64,000 nucleotides of DNA from an uncultured Rhabdochlamydiaceae bacterium. GTDB lineage: Bacteria; Chlamydiota; Chlamydiia; Chlamydiales; Rhabdochlamydiaceae. Below, piece after piece: positions 9,646-19,499 of the stretch. Position 1 is the stretch's first letter, and each line of letters opens with the position of its first letter. The position numbers were made by a program, and so were the translations under genes. The notes below the pieces were generated by a model. It did not search any database. It saw only the letters and a program-made list of their open reading frames with translations, and was not told where the DNA came from. Location of the stretch: NCBI GenBank assembly GCA_963712275.1, contig CAVQHD010000001.1, positions 864,001-928,000 of the forward strand, written 5' to 3'.

Positions 9646-10244
9646 GGTTTCTCTCCTTCAAAAGTCGCTTTAAAATATTTTGCTTGAAATTGGGAGGATT
9701 TGCCTGCGACGGCAAATGAAACATCTTGAGCAATTCCTTTGAGGAAAGGAGATTTTTGAGAAAAGGAGAGAGGAAGGTCTGTCCCCGGCAGGCGGAAAAG
9801 AGCGAGAGAGACCGATTGGGCTGTAAAACGGTTCGTCGAATATTGATAGATGCCGGAGGCTGCTTCAAAATAACGCACTTGCTGGACAGGCTGACCTTCT
9901 TGCTCAGTGATGCGGTCTTGCATAGAACAGTGGATCTGGCTTAAGTGTTCAATGATATCGAGATGATCATCGATAGGGGTGAGTGTCAAAACAGAAGAGA
10001 GGCTTTCGATGCGGTCATGGAGTCTTCTTCCATCGGCCCCCGTAATCCACAGATCTTTCTGAACTCCTGCTCGACTTTGCTGGGAAGAGCGGGGATGGGA
10101 TGCTTGAAGAACCGCTTTCCCTTTTTGCTGGAGTTCTTTAAATCGGATCCGATCGGCCTTCGAGATGTGGAGAGTTGAGAAAAGCCATAGTCCAAGACCT
10201 GCAATCAGGACAAAAGTATAAGCAAAAGCCGCTTTTTTAAGCAT
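9642..10244 (-). CDS. Hypothetical membrane-anchored protein, possibly LptC-like
   Basis: Single N-terminal TM followed by a beta-rich domain; in the kdsA-lptB operon. Confidence 0.55.
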   Translation of the reverse strand: MLKKAAFAYTFVLIAGLGLWLFSTLHISKADRIRFKELQQKGKAVLQASHPRSSQQSRAGVQKDLWITGADGRRLHDRIESLSSVLTLTPIDDHLDIIEHLSQIHCSMQDRITEQEGQPVQQVRYFEAASGIYQYSTNRFTAQSVSLALFRLPGTDLPLSFSQKSPFLKGIAQDVSFAVAGKSSQFQAKYFKATFEGEKP

Positions 10245-11055
10245 GAGCCACCTCATGAATCCGTTTCACGGACTCAAGGAGTTTTTTAAGCTCGTCAAAC
10301 GGATAGACGGTGTTTTTATCGCTTTTAGCAAGAGAGGGATTATCGTGCGCTTCAATAAAGAGAAGGTCGCATCCGGCAGCAGCTGCCGCTTTTGAGAGAG
10401 TCGGGATAAAGTGCCGCTGCCCTCCGGACGAAGTTCCTTGCTCGCCAGGAAGCATCGTTGAATGAGAAGCATCGAAACAGACAGGGAACCCCATCTCTTT
10501 CAAAATAGGAATTGCTCGCATATCACTGACAAGGTTGTGATATCCAAAGCTAGTTCCACGGTCAGTTAAAATAATGTTTTGATTGTCGGTCGCAAGGAGT
10601 TTATCGACCACATTTTGCATCTCCCAGGGGGACATAAATTGCCCTTTCTTGACGTTGACAACAGTCCCCGTTTCTCCAGCAGCGGTAACCAGGTCGGTTT
10701 GACGGCATAAAAAAGCGGGAATTTGAATGACATCACAGACGTCTGCCGCCTGCTTTGCTTCTTCTGGTGAGTGGACGTCGGTTAGAACTGGAATGTCAAA
10801 TTCGCGCCGAATTCTGGCTAAAATTTTTAACCCTTCTTCAAGGCCGGGGCCGCGAAACGATTGATAGGAAGATCGATTTGCCTTGTCATAACTCGACTTA
10901 TAAATGAATTGGAGCTTAAGCTCTTGCATCAGCTGGGTTAAAAACTCTGCTGCTTGCAGGGCGTGGGTTTCACTTTCAATGACGCACGGTCCGCAAATGA
11001 TCGTCAAAGGGTGTCCGCTTCCAACTAAAAAATCTTTTACTTTAACAAGCGGCAT
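10237..11055 (-). CDS. kdsA: KDO8P synthase
   Basis: GPCVIES, KSSYDKANRSS, QIPAFLCRQTDL, NVKKGQF, FDASHS. Confidence 0.97.
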   Translation of the reverse strand: MPLVKVKDFLVGSGHPLTIICGPCVIESETHALQAAEFLTQLMQELKLQFIYKSSYDKANRSSYQSFRGPGLEEGLKILARIRREFDIPVLTDVHSPEEAKQAADVCDVIQIPAFLCRQTDLVTAAGETGTVVNVKKGQFMSPWEMQNVVDKLLATDNQNIILTDRGTSFGYHNLVSDMRAIPILKEMGFPVCFDASHSTMLPGEQGTSSGGQRHFIPTLSKAAAAAGCDLLFIEAHDNPSLAKSDKNTVYPFDELKKLLESVKRIHEVAHA

Positions 11056-11683
11056 AAAGAAGCTCCTTCATTGAATAAAATCCTGGAGGTTTTGCTTTGA
11101 GAAACCGAGCGGCTCGAAGAGCTCCCTTTGCGAAAGAGTCACGGGAGTGGACTTGATGCTTGAGCTCAATTCTCTCGCCCTGAAAGACAAAAATCACGGT
11201 GTGGTCGCCGAAAATATCTCCTGCTCGAATCGAATGGATCGGGATGGAAGAGCGTTCAATAGATTGGGCAAGCGCTAAAGCCGTTCCACTAGGGCGGTCT
11301 TTTTTAAAGCGGTGGTGCGCTTCCACAATTTCAATCGATACGTCGGGGCCTGCTTTTCTCGATAATGCTTGCACAACCTCTTGGAAAAGCGCCATCCCAA
11401 AGCTGAAATTAGGGGCAACAAACAGAGGGATTTGTTGAGAGGCCTCTTGTAGCAATTTCTGCTCAGGCGCGCTATAACCTGTTGTTCCCACGACAAGCGG
11501 TTTTTTTGCCTCCACGCACCCTTGCAAAAGAGCTGGAAGGGCTGCGGCAGAAGAAAAATCGATTGCCACATCTGAGGTAGCGATCGTTTCGCTTTGAGTG
11601 AAATTAGACTCCTGCTCAATCATCGACGCTAAGGTCCGCCCCATGCGCCCTCGAGCTCCATGTAGATAGATCGCTATTGCCAT
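11042..11683 (-). CDS. dapB: 4-hydroxy-tetrahydrodipicolinate reductase
   Basis: GARGRMG, VVGTTG, APNFSFG, EAHHRFKKDRPSGTAL. Confidence 0.95.
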   Translation of the reverse strand: MAIAIYLHGARGRMGRTLASMIEQESNFTQSETIATSDVAIDFSSAAALPALLQGCVEAKKPLVVGTTGYSAPEQKLLQEASQQIPLFVAPNFSFGMALFQEVVQALSRKAGPDVSIEIVEAHHRFKKDRPSGTALALAQSIERSSIPIHSIRAGDIFGDHTVIFVFQGERIELKHQVHSRDSFAKGALRAARFLKAKPPGFYSMKELLYAAC

Positions 11684-11750
11684 AGAGCGCTAGTTTACCA
11701 AATTGGAGTAATAGATGATAGATATCGATTCTTTAGTACAAAGACACGAT

Positions 11751-11845
11751 CTTCACCACAGAGACACAGAGAAGGATGAGATTGCACAGAGTAAATTTTT
11801 TTTACTCTGTGCAATCTCATCCTTCTCTGTGTCTCTGTGGTGAAG
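11751..11845. repeat. Palindromic element family A core: perfect 45-bp stem, 5-nt T loop
   Basis: 11751-11795 is the exact reverse complement of 11801-11845. Confidence 0.95.
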
Positions 11846-11894
11846 TATTTATTCTAATATTATCCAAAACACCTTGTTTTTTTCTTAAACTCTC

Positions 11895-11923
11895 TTGAAC
11901 TTTCTAGCGGAGGCAACTAAGAT
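11895..11923 (+). promoter_or_regulatory. Putative sigma70-type promoter for tRNA-Arg(UCU)
   Basis: TTGAAC-17 bp-TAAGAT, 15 bp upstream of the tRNA. Confidence 0.5.
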
Positions 11924-11938
11924 GGAGGGCATTTGCAT

Positions 11939-12011
11939 GGATTGATAGCTCAGTGGATAGAGCACCCGCCTTCTAAGCGGGTGGTCGCAGGTTCGAATCC
12001 TGCTCAATCCG
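11939..12011 (+). tRNA. tRNA-Arg (anticodon UCU)
   Basis: GGATTGA..TCAATCC acceptor stem, CCCGC-CTTCTAA-GCGGG anticodon arm, GGTTCGAATCC. Confidence 0.95.
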
Positions 12012-12026
12012 AAACTTCGAGGAATA

Positions 12027-14606
12027 ATGAAAAATTTAGGCGATTATTTGATTTCAAAATTTTCTTTTCCAGAAATTGATCTTTTGATCAAAAATTTTCA
12101 TGCGTCCTCTTTTAAAGCCTTGCCTCTTCAGCAAAAAATGAATCAAATTTGCCAAGTAATTCTAGAACAGATCCAGCAGGGGGCAGAGGAGTCGTTTTTA
12201 CTTATCCCCACACTCGATTTGATTGAACGGATCCATCAAGAAAAAATTGTCGACCATTTTCACTTTACCAATTTTGAGCTCTGGCTCAACCAATTTTCTG
12301 GACTCTCTTTGGAGGAGAATTTAAAAGTTCGAGGGAAACTTGCTGGCCGTTTTGTCCCTCGAGAAGCGTATCAGATTCTCTTTCCCATTGGCATGGGGCG
12401 GATGTATCAGGGAAGCCATTTTGTGACGGCTCATAGCTCGCCCGATTTGGATACGACGGTTGCCTCTTTCTGGGGGTGGGTGGACGCCTTTGCCGCGCGT
12501 GTTTCAAAGGGGCTTCATGTCTGGAACATTCCTGGCGGCCATCCTCCTGCTCAGGCAGAAACAGCTCTTTTATTCTTTTCTATTTTTGGAGCCGATGTCT
12601 TTGAATTTCTTGCGAAGCATCGGACAGCCCTTTCTATCTCTGGGATGGATCTTGTCACTCAAGAAGGAATGACGCATAAGCTTCCTGAAGATTCTGTCTT
12701 AGATATCGATCCTGATCAAGGTCCTCAAGCAATTGTGCTGATCGATCAAAAGGGGCATTATCTAGGAGAGTGGCGTTCAACCGATGTCGATCGTGTTCGC
12801 ACGGTTGTCAACCTTCTCAACCAGTGCCTTCGGTGGTATGAAAATACTCTGCATGTGAGGCTGATTGCTCTTTTTGCTGAAGAGAAGCTCTCTCTGAAAC
12901 AGCTGCGAGAATTTTTCCGAGTCATGCAAGAGATGCCCATCGAAGAGTGTGAGCCTGCCAAGGAATTTTCGGCAAGCCAGCGGCAAGCAGTGCAAGATTA
13001 TCTGGTAAAAGTATTCCACGCTTCTCAGGGGCTGAAGAGTACATTTTCTCAGTTTTCCAAAGCTCTTGCCAAAAACCATTTATTCCAATTCGAGGAGTTT
13101 ACAGCTCTTACAGCGGAGATGAAATCGGTGTTCGATTCGAAAGGGCATGTGACAGCCGATCGAACAAAACTGTTCCAATATTTAACAAACGTGATCACAG
13201 CGCTTGAAAAAGCGATTTATACCCTTCGGGAGTATGTCGATAAACTCGCTGTTGCCCTGAAGGTGAAGTCAGAGGTTTTAGGGCTTGCGACTCATCATAT
13301 CAATTATCGCGCTGACTTAGAAGAAATCCGGAGCAAAATTGATAGCCAGCCTTATCTGACGGTGACAGCCTCCGACCACGAGGGAGGGTTCTTCCCTTTA
13401 GGGGTGATTCATGCGACCGAACTGTTTAAAACGTCTCTTGGGACGGTTTCGCTGCGTGATTTTTCAAATCGAGAAGAGACCAAAGTGCCTCCCTACCTGG
13501 AGGTGATCAGCATTTTAGACCACCACAAAAGTCAAATCTCAACGTCAGCCCCCTCTGTTGCTTGGATTACCGACGCGCAATCGTCCAATGTTCTTGTCGC
13601 TCAGCTCAGTTTTAAAATTTCTGAGTCGTATAGCACAGGAGGCCTGACGTTAGAAGAGGTCTCTTCTCAAATCAAAGCTGTTCAGAAAGACCTTACAAGT
13701 GCCTCGAGTAAGCGGATTTTGCAAAGGCTTCTTCAGAAACAGCTTGCCATTGAAAATAAGGCCCCTTATTTTGTCTCTGCCGAGCGGGAGATGATCGAAT
13801 ATCTCCACTGCCTCTATGCCATTTTAGATGACACGGATCTTCTCTCCAAAGTTTCTGTTCAAGATGTGGAATGTGTTGCTGAGATTTTAAATAGACTTAA
13901 ATCCCTTGCCTTCCGCCAAGAAGTAGAGATCATTCATTTTGATGATTTGCCTCGCAATGAAACATTTGTGAAAAAAGCAGCGGCTCGAATTTTGCAGAAT
14001 GCCGATATGTATTCCCTCTACCGAAAAATTTATCTCGCTAAAGAAAAAACCGTTGAAGGAAATATCAAAGAAAATCCAGCGACCCTTTTTGCCGATACCA
14101 AAGAGCAAAATGGGTGCTGCCGTGTAGGTCAGACCAAACTATTTGCCAAAAATTTCCCCATCTTTGCCAAACATGTCTTTACTCTTCGCGAAGAGTGGCT
14201 TTCCAAAGCGCAAAAAATCTACGAAGAACATCCTCAGATTGACTTTCATCTCCACATGATCAGTACTATTCCTGGAGCAGAGGAGCTTCACTCAGGGAAA
14301 TCGGAAGGGTATTCGCATCAAGATGAGCTCTGGCTCTGGAGTCCTTCCACGGAGGTTGCCATCGAACACCTTAAAAGCTTTCTGAGTCATTTTCGAACCT
14401 CTCCGCAACTCGAAAACAACCCTATGGACGTTGAATTTTTGGGCGGTAATGCAGCTGAACTTAAGCAGATTTTCAAAGAAAGCTTCCAAGGGATCCCTTC
14501 TCGGGCCTCAAAAGGGAAGCTGCCTATCGCCGTCATTCGATTTAAAGCAGGCAGTTTGAATTCTCGGAAGGCGATGATTTCTCCTTACCTTCCAAGCACC
14601 CTCTAA
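12027..14606 (+). CDS. Large DHH-family protein resembling family II (Mn-dependent) inorganic pyrophosphatase
   Basis: AHSSPDLDT, ILDHHK, AILDDT, DTKE..GQT and C-terminal NSRKAMISP occur in PpaC order. Confidence 0.7.
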   Translation: MKNLGDYLISKFSFPEIDLLIKNFHASSFKALPLQQKMNQICQVILEQIQQGAEESFLLIPTLDLIERIHQEKIVDHFHFTNFELWLNQFSGLSLEENLKVRGKLAGRFVPREAYQILFPIGMGRMYQGSHFVTAHSSPDLDTTVASFWGWVDAFAARVSKGLHVWNIPGGHPPAQAETALLFFSIFGADVFEFLAKHRTALSISGMDLVTQEGMTHKLPEDSVLDIDPDQGPQAIVLIDQKGHYLGEWRSTDVDRVRTVVNLLNQCLRWYENTLHVRLIALFAEEKLSLKQLREFFRVMQEMPIEECEPAKEFSASQRQAVQDYLVKVFHASQGLKSTFSQFSKALAKNHLFQFEEFTALTAEMKSVFDSKGHVTADRTKLFQYLTNVITALEKAIYTLREYVDKLAVALKVKSEVLGLATHHINYRADLEEIRSKIDSQPYLTVTASDHEGGFFPLGVIHATELFKTSLGTVSLRDFSNREETKVPPYLEVISILDHHKSQISTSAPSVAWITDAQSSNVLVAQLSFKISESYSTGGLTLEEVSSQIKAVQKDLTSASSKRILQRLLQKQLAIENKAPYFVSAEREMIEYLHCLYAILDDTDLLSKVSVQDVECVAEILNRLKSLAFRQEVEIIHFDDLPRNETFVKKAAARILQNADMYSLYRKIYLAKEKTVEGNIKENPATLFADTKEQNGCCRVGQTKLFAKNFPIFAKHVFTLREEWLSKAQKIYEEHPQIDFHLHMISTIPGAEELHSGKSEGYSHQDELWLWSPSTEVAIEHLKSFLSHFRTSPQLENNPMDVEFLGGNAAELKQIFKESFQGIPSRASKGKLPIAVIRFKAGSLNSRKAMISPYLPSTL

Positions 14607-14628
14607 GAAGCTGTCTTTGCAAACACCC

Positions 14629-14898
14629 TCAAACAGTAGCAGGAGGGTGCTTGGCAGGCTGCTTAGGCTCCTCTAAGATTTCGAGGGCAACGCGGATTCC
14701 ATTTCGGCTTGCAACAGACATGAGTAATGTTCGGATTGCGTTGATGGTTTTTCCTTGCTTTCCAATGATTTTCCCCATGTCAGACTTATCGACGGCAAGC
14801 TCAATGATTAAAGTATGGGTTCCACCAACTTCTGTAATGCGAACTTTATCTGGATTATCGACCAGGTTCTTGACGATGTATTCGACAAACTCTTTCAT
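14629..14898 (-). CDS. khpA: KH-domain RNA-binding protein
   Basis: MKEFVEYIVKNLVDNPD...DMGKIIGKQGKTINAIRTLL. Confidence 0.92.
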   Translation of the reverse strand: MKEFVEYIVKNLVDNPDKVRITEVGGTHTLIIELAVDKSDMGKIIGKQGKTINAIRTLLMSVASRNGIRVALEILEEPKQPAKHPPATV

Positions 14899-15174
14899 AG
14901 GGCATCCTCAGTGTAAAAAATCTCTTACCTGTTAAAGATACAAACGAAGGCAATATTTAGCAAGCGGTATGAAATGTAAAACATTTTTTGAATTATTGTT
15001 ATCAGTTTTTATATTAGAATTTCTTGCAAAAGAGAAGAAAATAACAACAGTTGTTCGACAGGTGAACCCAAATAGATTCGAGTTTGTCCAAGCGATTGCA
15101 GCCAAGTTTGATTGGAAAATTCTTGTAAAATTTCTTAGAGAAGGAATAGCATTTTTGTATTGATAGGTTGGTGT

Positions 15175-16062
15175 ATGTCGATCATAACAGATGTCATGGG
15201 TCGGGAGTGGTGGTGGCCGCGGAGTGAAAAAAAGGGGGTTGCTAGCCTTCTCTCACGAGTTCCACCGGAAGTCTGGGCTAGGATTTTTGCGAGTTTTAAC
15301 AGGAGGGAAGTGGTCAATCTACGCCTTGTCAGCAAAGAATTTGTCATCATTGCTCAAAGTCCTGCGATTTGGAAATGGCGGCTTTATGTTGATTTGACCT
15401 ATTGGGAAACAGATAATCCTAATGAGAAACCTTTCGAACCTCCTCTAAATGATCAAATCATACGGCATATGGGAGTCAAGTCTGAAAAACCGTTTAAGCA
15501 GATGCATGATGAATTATTCTACAAGCACCAGAGACATGAAATCACTTTTCAAGAGGAACTGGAGACTCGGAATAAATTATATGATCTATATGGAGCTCCT
15601 GTAGATCCTGCAAAATATTTAGACTTACCAGCGCTCTATGAACCGCTTCCTTCCAACGTTATTCGAGAACAATCTTTTTTTGAATTTTATCGGAAAACAT
15701 ATACGAAGCTTCTTCAAGTCTATCCCAAAAATAAAATAGAAGCGTCTGTTCAGGGTCTTATCGATACCATTGTTGAAAATCCAAGCGACATTGCTTCGGC
15801 CAGACAATGTTATCGTTTATTAAATGTTTGGAAGAAAGCGTTTGGGATTTTAGACATGGAGGTTCCTCCGACTGCCTTTGAAAAATATTTTCAAGCCATT
15901 CGGGAAAGTCAACGAAAGGTCTATTCGATTTTAAAAACAAAAAAAAGATATGTGGTGGTCGCTCTTTTAGCCTGCGGAGTTACCGGTTTCATAGCGCGCT
16001 ATGCCCCCGCTATGGTCCGCTATACCGCAGACTATCTGCGCCGTCAATATTTTTTAAACTAA
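15175..16062 (+). CDS. F-box-like protein with C-terminal transmembrane segment
   Basis: LLSRVPPEVWARIFASFNRREVVNLRLVSKEF..IW; C-terminal YVVVALLACGVTGFIA. Confidence 0.75.
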   Translation: MSIITDVMGREWWWPRSEKKGVASLLSRVPPEVWARIFASFNRREVVNLRLVSKEFVIIAQSPAIWKWRLYVDLTYWETDNPNEKPFEPPLNDQIIRHMGVKSEKPFKQMHDELFYKHQRHEITFQEELETRNKLYDLYGAPVDPAKYLDLPALYEPLPSNVIREQSFFEFYRKTYTKLLQVYPKNKIEASVQGLIDTIVENPSDIASARQCYRLLNVWKKAFGILDMEVPPTAFEKYFQAIRESQRKVYSILKTKKRYVVVALLACGVTGFIARYAPAMVRYTADYLRRQYFLN

Positions 16063-16074
16063 AAAGGAGTCATT

Positions 16075-16971
16075 ATGGCACTTCAAGGTGTTCAATCCTA
16101 TTTGCCCTCACGTGATAAAAGCATTGATGAATTTATTGCGTCTCTTGCGCCTGAGGCGCGCGTAAAATTTCAAGAGGCTCTCCATTACATGCGGTACTAT
16201 TATAAAGAATATAGTCAGGAACTTGATGAACGCATGAAGCAATATACATACGGTATTTTAGGCGACCACGCATTGACTCCCGTAGTTCTTTTCTGGCTAA
16301 CGGTTGCCGCCGGTACAGTCGGCGGGGGTGCAGCTGGAGCTGCTATTGGGGCAAAATATATGCCGCCAGACCTTCCGAAAGAAGCCAAAACTGCTGGGAT
16401 TACAGCCTGTGGAGCCGTCGGTGCCCTTGGTGGAGGTGCGCTAGGTGTTTACCAAGGTGTCCAAGCTGTACAAACAACCAATGCTTATAAGAAGTGGGAA
16501 AGAGAACAACTGTTTTTACAAGCCATGAGGAATTATATTCATCAAAGGTATAGCGGAGATCCTATCCTACGGCGTTTTGTTTTGAACGGAACTCTTCAGG
16601 AAAATTGTGCAACGGCGCTCCTGGCCGGACAGACCTATCACTTAGATGTCACTACAGATATTTTCTTGGCCAAGAGAATTCGGCATCTTCTCAAGGAAGA
16701 TCGTCGTGGCGTTCCCCTCACGGGAAATAACCCTTATGCAGGGGAGCATTTTGACAAAATCTTGGTAAAGATTAACGAGGCAATCGTACAAAAGTGCAGA
16801 GAAATAAACGACGATTTATATCAAAAACACCAGAATAAGGAGATTTCTCTAGAAGAATGGATCAATAGGAAAAAGGCTTTTTTCGATCAATGCGGAGAAT
16901 ATTCGGAAAGCGACCCAGACTGGAATATGATTATTGCTACAGGAAGATATCTCCCACCGCTTCCACTATGA
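16075..16971 (+). CDS. Hypothetical protein with glycine-zipper hydrophobic hairpin
   Basis: AAGTVGGGAAGAAIG and GAVGALGGGALG; AAGGAG Shine-Dalgarno. Confidence 0.65.
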   Translation: MALQGVQSYLPSRDKSIDEFIASLAPEARVKFQEALHYMRYYYKEYSQELDERMKQYTYGILGDHALTPVVLFWLTVAAGTVGGGAAGAAIGAKYMPPDLPKEAKTAGITACGAVGALGGGALGVYQGVQAVQTTNAYKKWEREQLFLQAMRNYIHQRYSGDPILRRFVLNGTLQENCATALLAGQTYHLDVTTDIFLAKRIRHLLKEDRRGVPLTGNNPYAGEHFDKILVKINEAIVQKCREINDDLYQKHQNKEISLEEWINRKKAFFDQCGEYSESDPDWNMIIATGRYLPPLPL

Positions 16972-19390
16972 CTTTGGTCTCAGGAATCACGAATTTACCC
17001 CCTGCTTGGGCCCCTCCTGCTGCATCGGCATATTCAAAAGGAACAGGGCCTCCTAAGGCTTCGAGCTTCCCTGGATATAGCGAACTTGAGTCGAGATAAT
17101 CCCCATGACATGCCACTAAGGGTAAATTCATAAAGCGAGCCTTTTGCTCACAGAGTTTTACCACGAGTGCATTAACGACGGAGGCGTCTTGGTTCTTAGT
17201 TCTGTAAATCTTTTCCATGAATAGGACGGGCTTTTTTTTGTCGGGATCCCATAAGATTCTCAGCACTGAGCGTGCAATGATTTTACCTTTTTTGTCTTTG
17301 ACCACAATCGCTCGATTTTTCCCATCGAGAATATAAGCCATTAAGCATTTATTCTTTTCTGAATCGCTTGCAATGTCTTGGCAACTATCAACCATCTCAT
17401 TTCCTAGAAGCATCAAATCTTCCCACTGATCGGTATCTTCAACAACCAGCCCCTCAGGGATCTCAAACTGAGGCAAGAGAGATTTTTTCCACTTTTCCAA
17501 AAGAGTAGGATTTGATTCAGAAATGGTTTTTAGATGGGGATTTTTTGTAACCTCGTACCGGATCTGAGGAAAAGTACCATCGAGAACAGATATAATAAGC
17601 TGTCTCAGCACTCTATTCATAGCTTCTTTCTCAACTTCCCGAAGCTGTTGCAAACCACTAGCATAGATAAGTAACCCATTGGGGTACCGTTTCGACTGAC
17701 GGAATATAGAATCAAATTTCTTTATTTCCTCTGTGCTTTGGAGGCCAAATATTCCGCTTTCGGCATTCCATTTTTCTATCAGAGTTTTTGTATCTGCATT
17801 ATTCCGAAGTGCATCGTAGCGGCCGAACGATATCAATAGAGGTATAGCGGCAAAACAGACCTCTTGATTCATTCTGTGCTCTTCAAGCCTCTTTTGATAA
17901 GCAGGAGCCCGCTCTAGCTTCCCTTTTTCAGGATCACTTAAAACCACTTCCAATAAACGGGTCTGCTCTGGGACCGAGAGCTTATTTGTTTTTGCCAAAA
18001 TACAAATAAGCTCATTAATCGACTGCATTAATTTATAATCTGAATACCGTTTTGCCTTTAGGCTATCTAAGATTTTTTTGCTTGCTTGTACCTCAATTCC
18101 TCTGTGGGTCAATAGAAGCGTCGTCAATAAGAGGTGTTTAGGTCTTCCCTCTACAAGAGATAAATAAGCATTTCTCTTATCCTTGTTGGTATAAATCTCT
18201 ATTAAAGCAGTTGTACCTGCCACCTGAAGAACCGGGTTTGTGAGCTTAAAAACTGCCTCAAATATCGATGCAGCCGCTTTATCTTCAAGCAGCGGCTTGA
18301 GGGCAGGCTCAAGCTCGCATCGGATCAAAAAATCTCCTAACCATAAGAGAGTCTTCATCCGCTGTTGAAGGCTCTCCGCTTTCATAATCACCTGGTTGGA
18401 CAAACTTTTTAAGCGATCCTCAGAAAAACCCGCCGCTCTCCCCTCTTCAATAAGATCTGATAACAAACTATTGATCTTCTCTCTACATTGAGTTTCTTCA
18501 ATTGCCTGCATGTTCATGGGAATTTCTAGAGCGATTGCTCGGTCAAGCCACCCTCTAAGGGTAGGGGAAAGGGGCAATTTTAATTGTGTATCAGGCAAAG
18601 ATACCGAGGTTATGACGCTCTTATCTCCATAGAGATAAAAATCATTCATTCCGTTCTTATAACGCATTTCATAATACGCCTGTTCCGCAATCTGTTTAAG
18701 ATGAAACAGTTGATCTGGATCTACAATGGGCAGCTTTTTTATATAATCGAGCGCTCTTTTGGGATTTAGAGGGGCCAATCGTTTCATGAGTTCAAAAGCG
18801 TAGTCTGGATTAGAAATATTAAAGTCTTCATAAGAAAGGAACAAATGGTGCGCATGGCTTCCTGAGAGAATAATCTTAGCTATTTCAAACCGTTTCTTTT
18901 CATCTACAATCTTATAATCTTGGATGTTCATGAGTATGTTGGTAGGGTTAGATGACGCCTCGATTTTCACTAATTCATAGATATCGTCTTGATTGAATCC
19001 ATAGTTTTTGATCGCGTAGTCAAAATCCGCTCCAGTACTGCATTTTGCTATTTCAAGACGAAGGGAATACGGGAATTTTTGGTATGAAATAGGATTCCGC
19101 AGCTCTTTTACCTGTAATTGAACAAGCTGTTCTGCGAGCTGATGTGTCTTGCGATGTAATTCTGTCTTCAAAAAGGAAATAACGTCCTCAATCTGCGAAG
19201 GGGAGGGTGCAGCGCCTGCAGTGAGTGCGGGAGCCATTTTCTCAAGTTGCGTTCGGCATGAGTTAAATAAATTCTTGCATTTTTCCGCAGTGTTATCTTT
19301 AGATTTTGACAACTCTTCAAACTCAGAAATATATTTATTATAAAAACTCTCTTCTATTATATAATTTGAAATTGAATCATTTACGCTCAT
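16937..19390 (-). CDS. Large hypothetical effector-like protein (817 aa)
   Basis: Long ORF with AT-rich 5' part, helical repeats and a globular C-terminal domain (SCQ...CLMAYILDGKN...ARSVLRIL...LFMEKIY). Confidence 0.7.
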   Translation of the reverse strand: MSVNDSISNYIIEESFYNKYISEFEELSKSKDNTAEKCKNLFNSCRTQLEKMAPALTAGAAPSPSQIEDVISFLKTELHRKTHQLAEQLVQLQVKELRNPISYQKFPYSLRLEIAKCSTGADFDYAIKNYGFNQDDIYELVKIEASSNPTNILMNIQDYKIVDEKKRFEIAKIILSGSHAHHLFLSYEDFNISNPDYAFELMKRLAPLNPKRALDYIKKLPIVDPDQLFHLKQIAEQAYYEMRYKNGMNDFYLYGDKSVITSVSLPDTQLKLPLSPTLRGWLDRAIALEIPMNMQAIEETQCREKINSLLSDLIEEGRAAGFSEDRLKSLSNQVIMKAESLQQRMKTLLWLGDFLIRCELEPALKPLLEDKAAASIFEAVFKLTNPVLQVAGTTALIEIYTNKDKRNAYLSLVEGRPKHLLLTTLLLTHRGIEVQASKKILDSLKAKRYSDYKLMQSINELICILAKTNKLSVPEQTRLLEVVLSDPEKGKLERAPAYQKRLEEHRMNQEVCFAAIPLLISFGRYDALRNNADTKTLIEKWNAESGIFGLQSTEEIKKFDSIFRQSKRYPNGLLIYASGLQQLREVEKEAMNRVLRQLIISVLDGTFPQIRYEVTKNPHLKTISESNPTLLEKWKKSLLPQFEIPEGLVVEDTDQWEDLMLLGNEMVDSCQDIASDSEKNKCLMAYILDGKNRAIVVKDKKGKIIARSVLRILWDPDKKKPVLFMEKIYRTKNQDASVVNALVVKLCEQKARFMNLPLVACHGDYLDSSSLYPGKLEALGGPVPFEYADAAGGAQAGGKFVIPETKVIVEAVGDIFL

Positions 19391-19499
19391 GATATAATGC
19401 CTTTTATTTAATTATAGCATAATAAATTTATTTTTTATATAATATAAAAGAAGCTTGCTAAGTTATTATTAATTAATAGGTTGTGAAGTAGACAGCTTC

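Noticed and set aside
7737..9944. Many antisense ORFs over the lpt genes and other core genes
   Set aside because: Shadow frames of well-supported genes, with no motifs
14969..15163. 64-aa ORF with a faint YhcG-like phrase (EFVQAIAAKFDW)
   Set aside because: Similarity is too short to support
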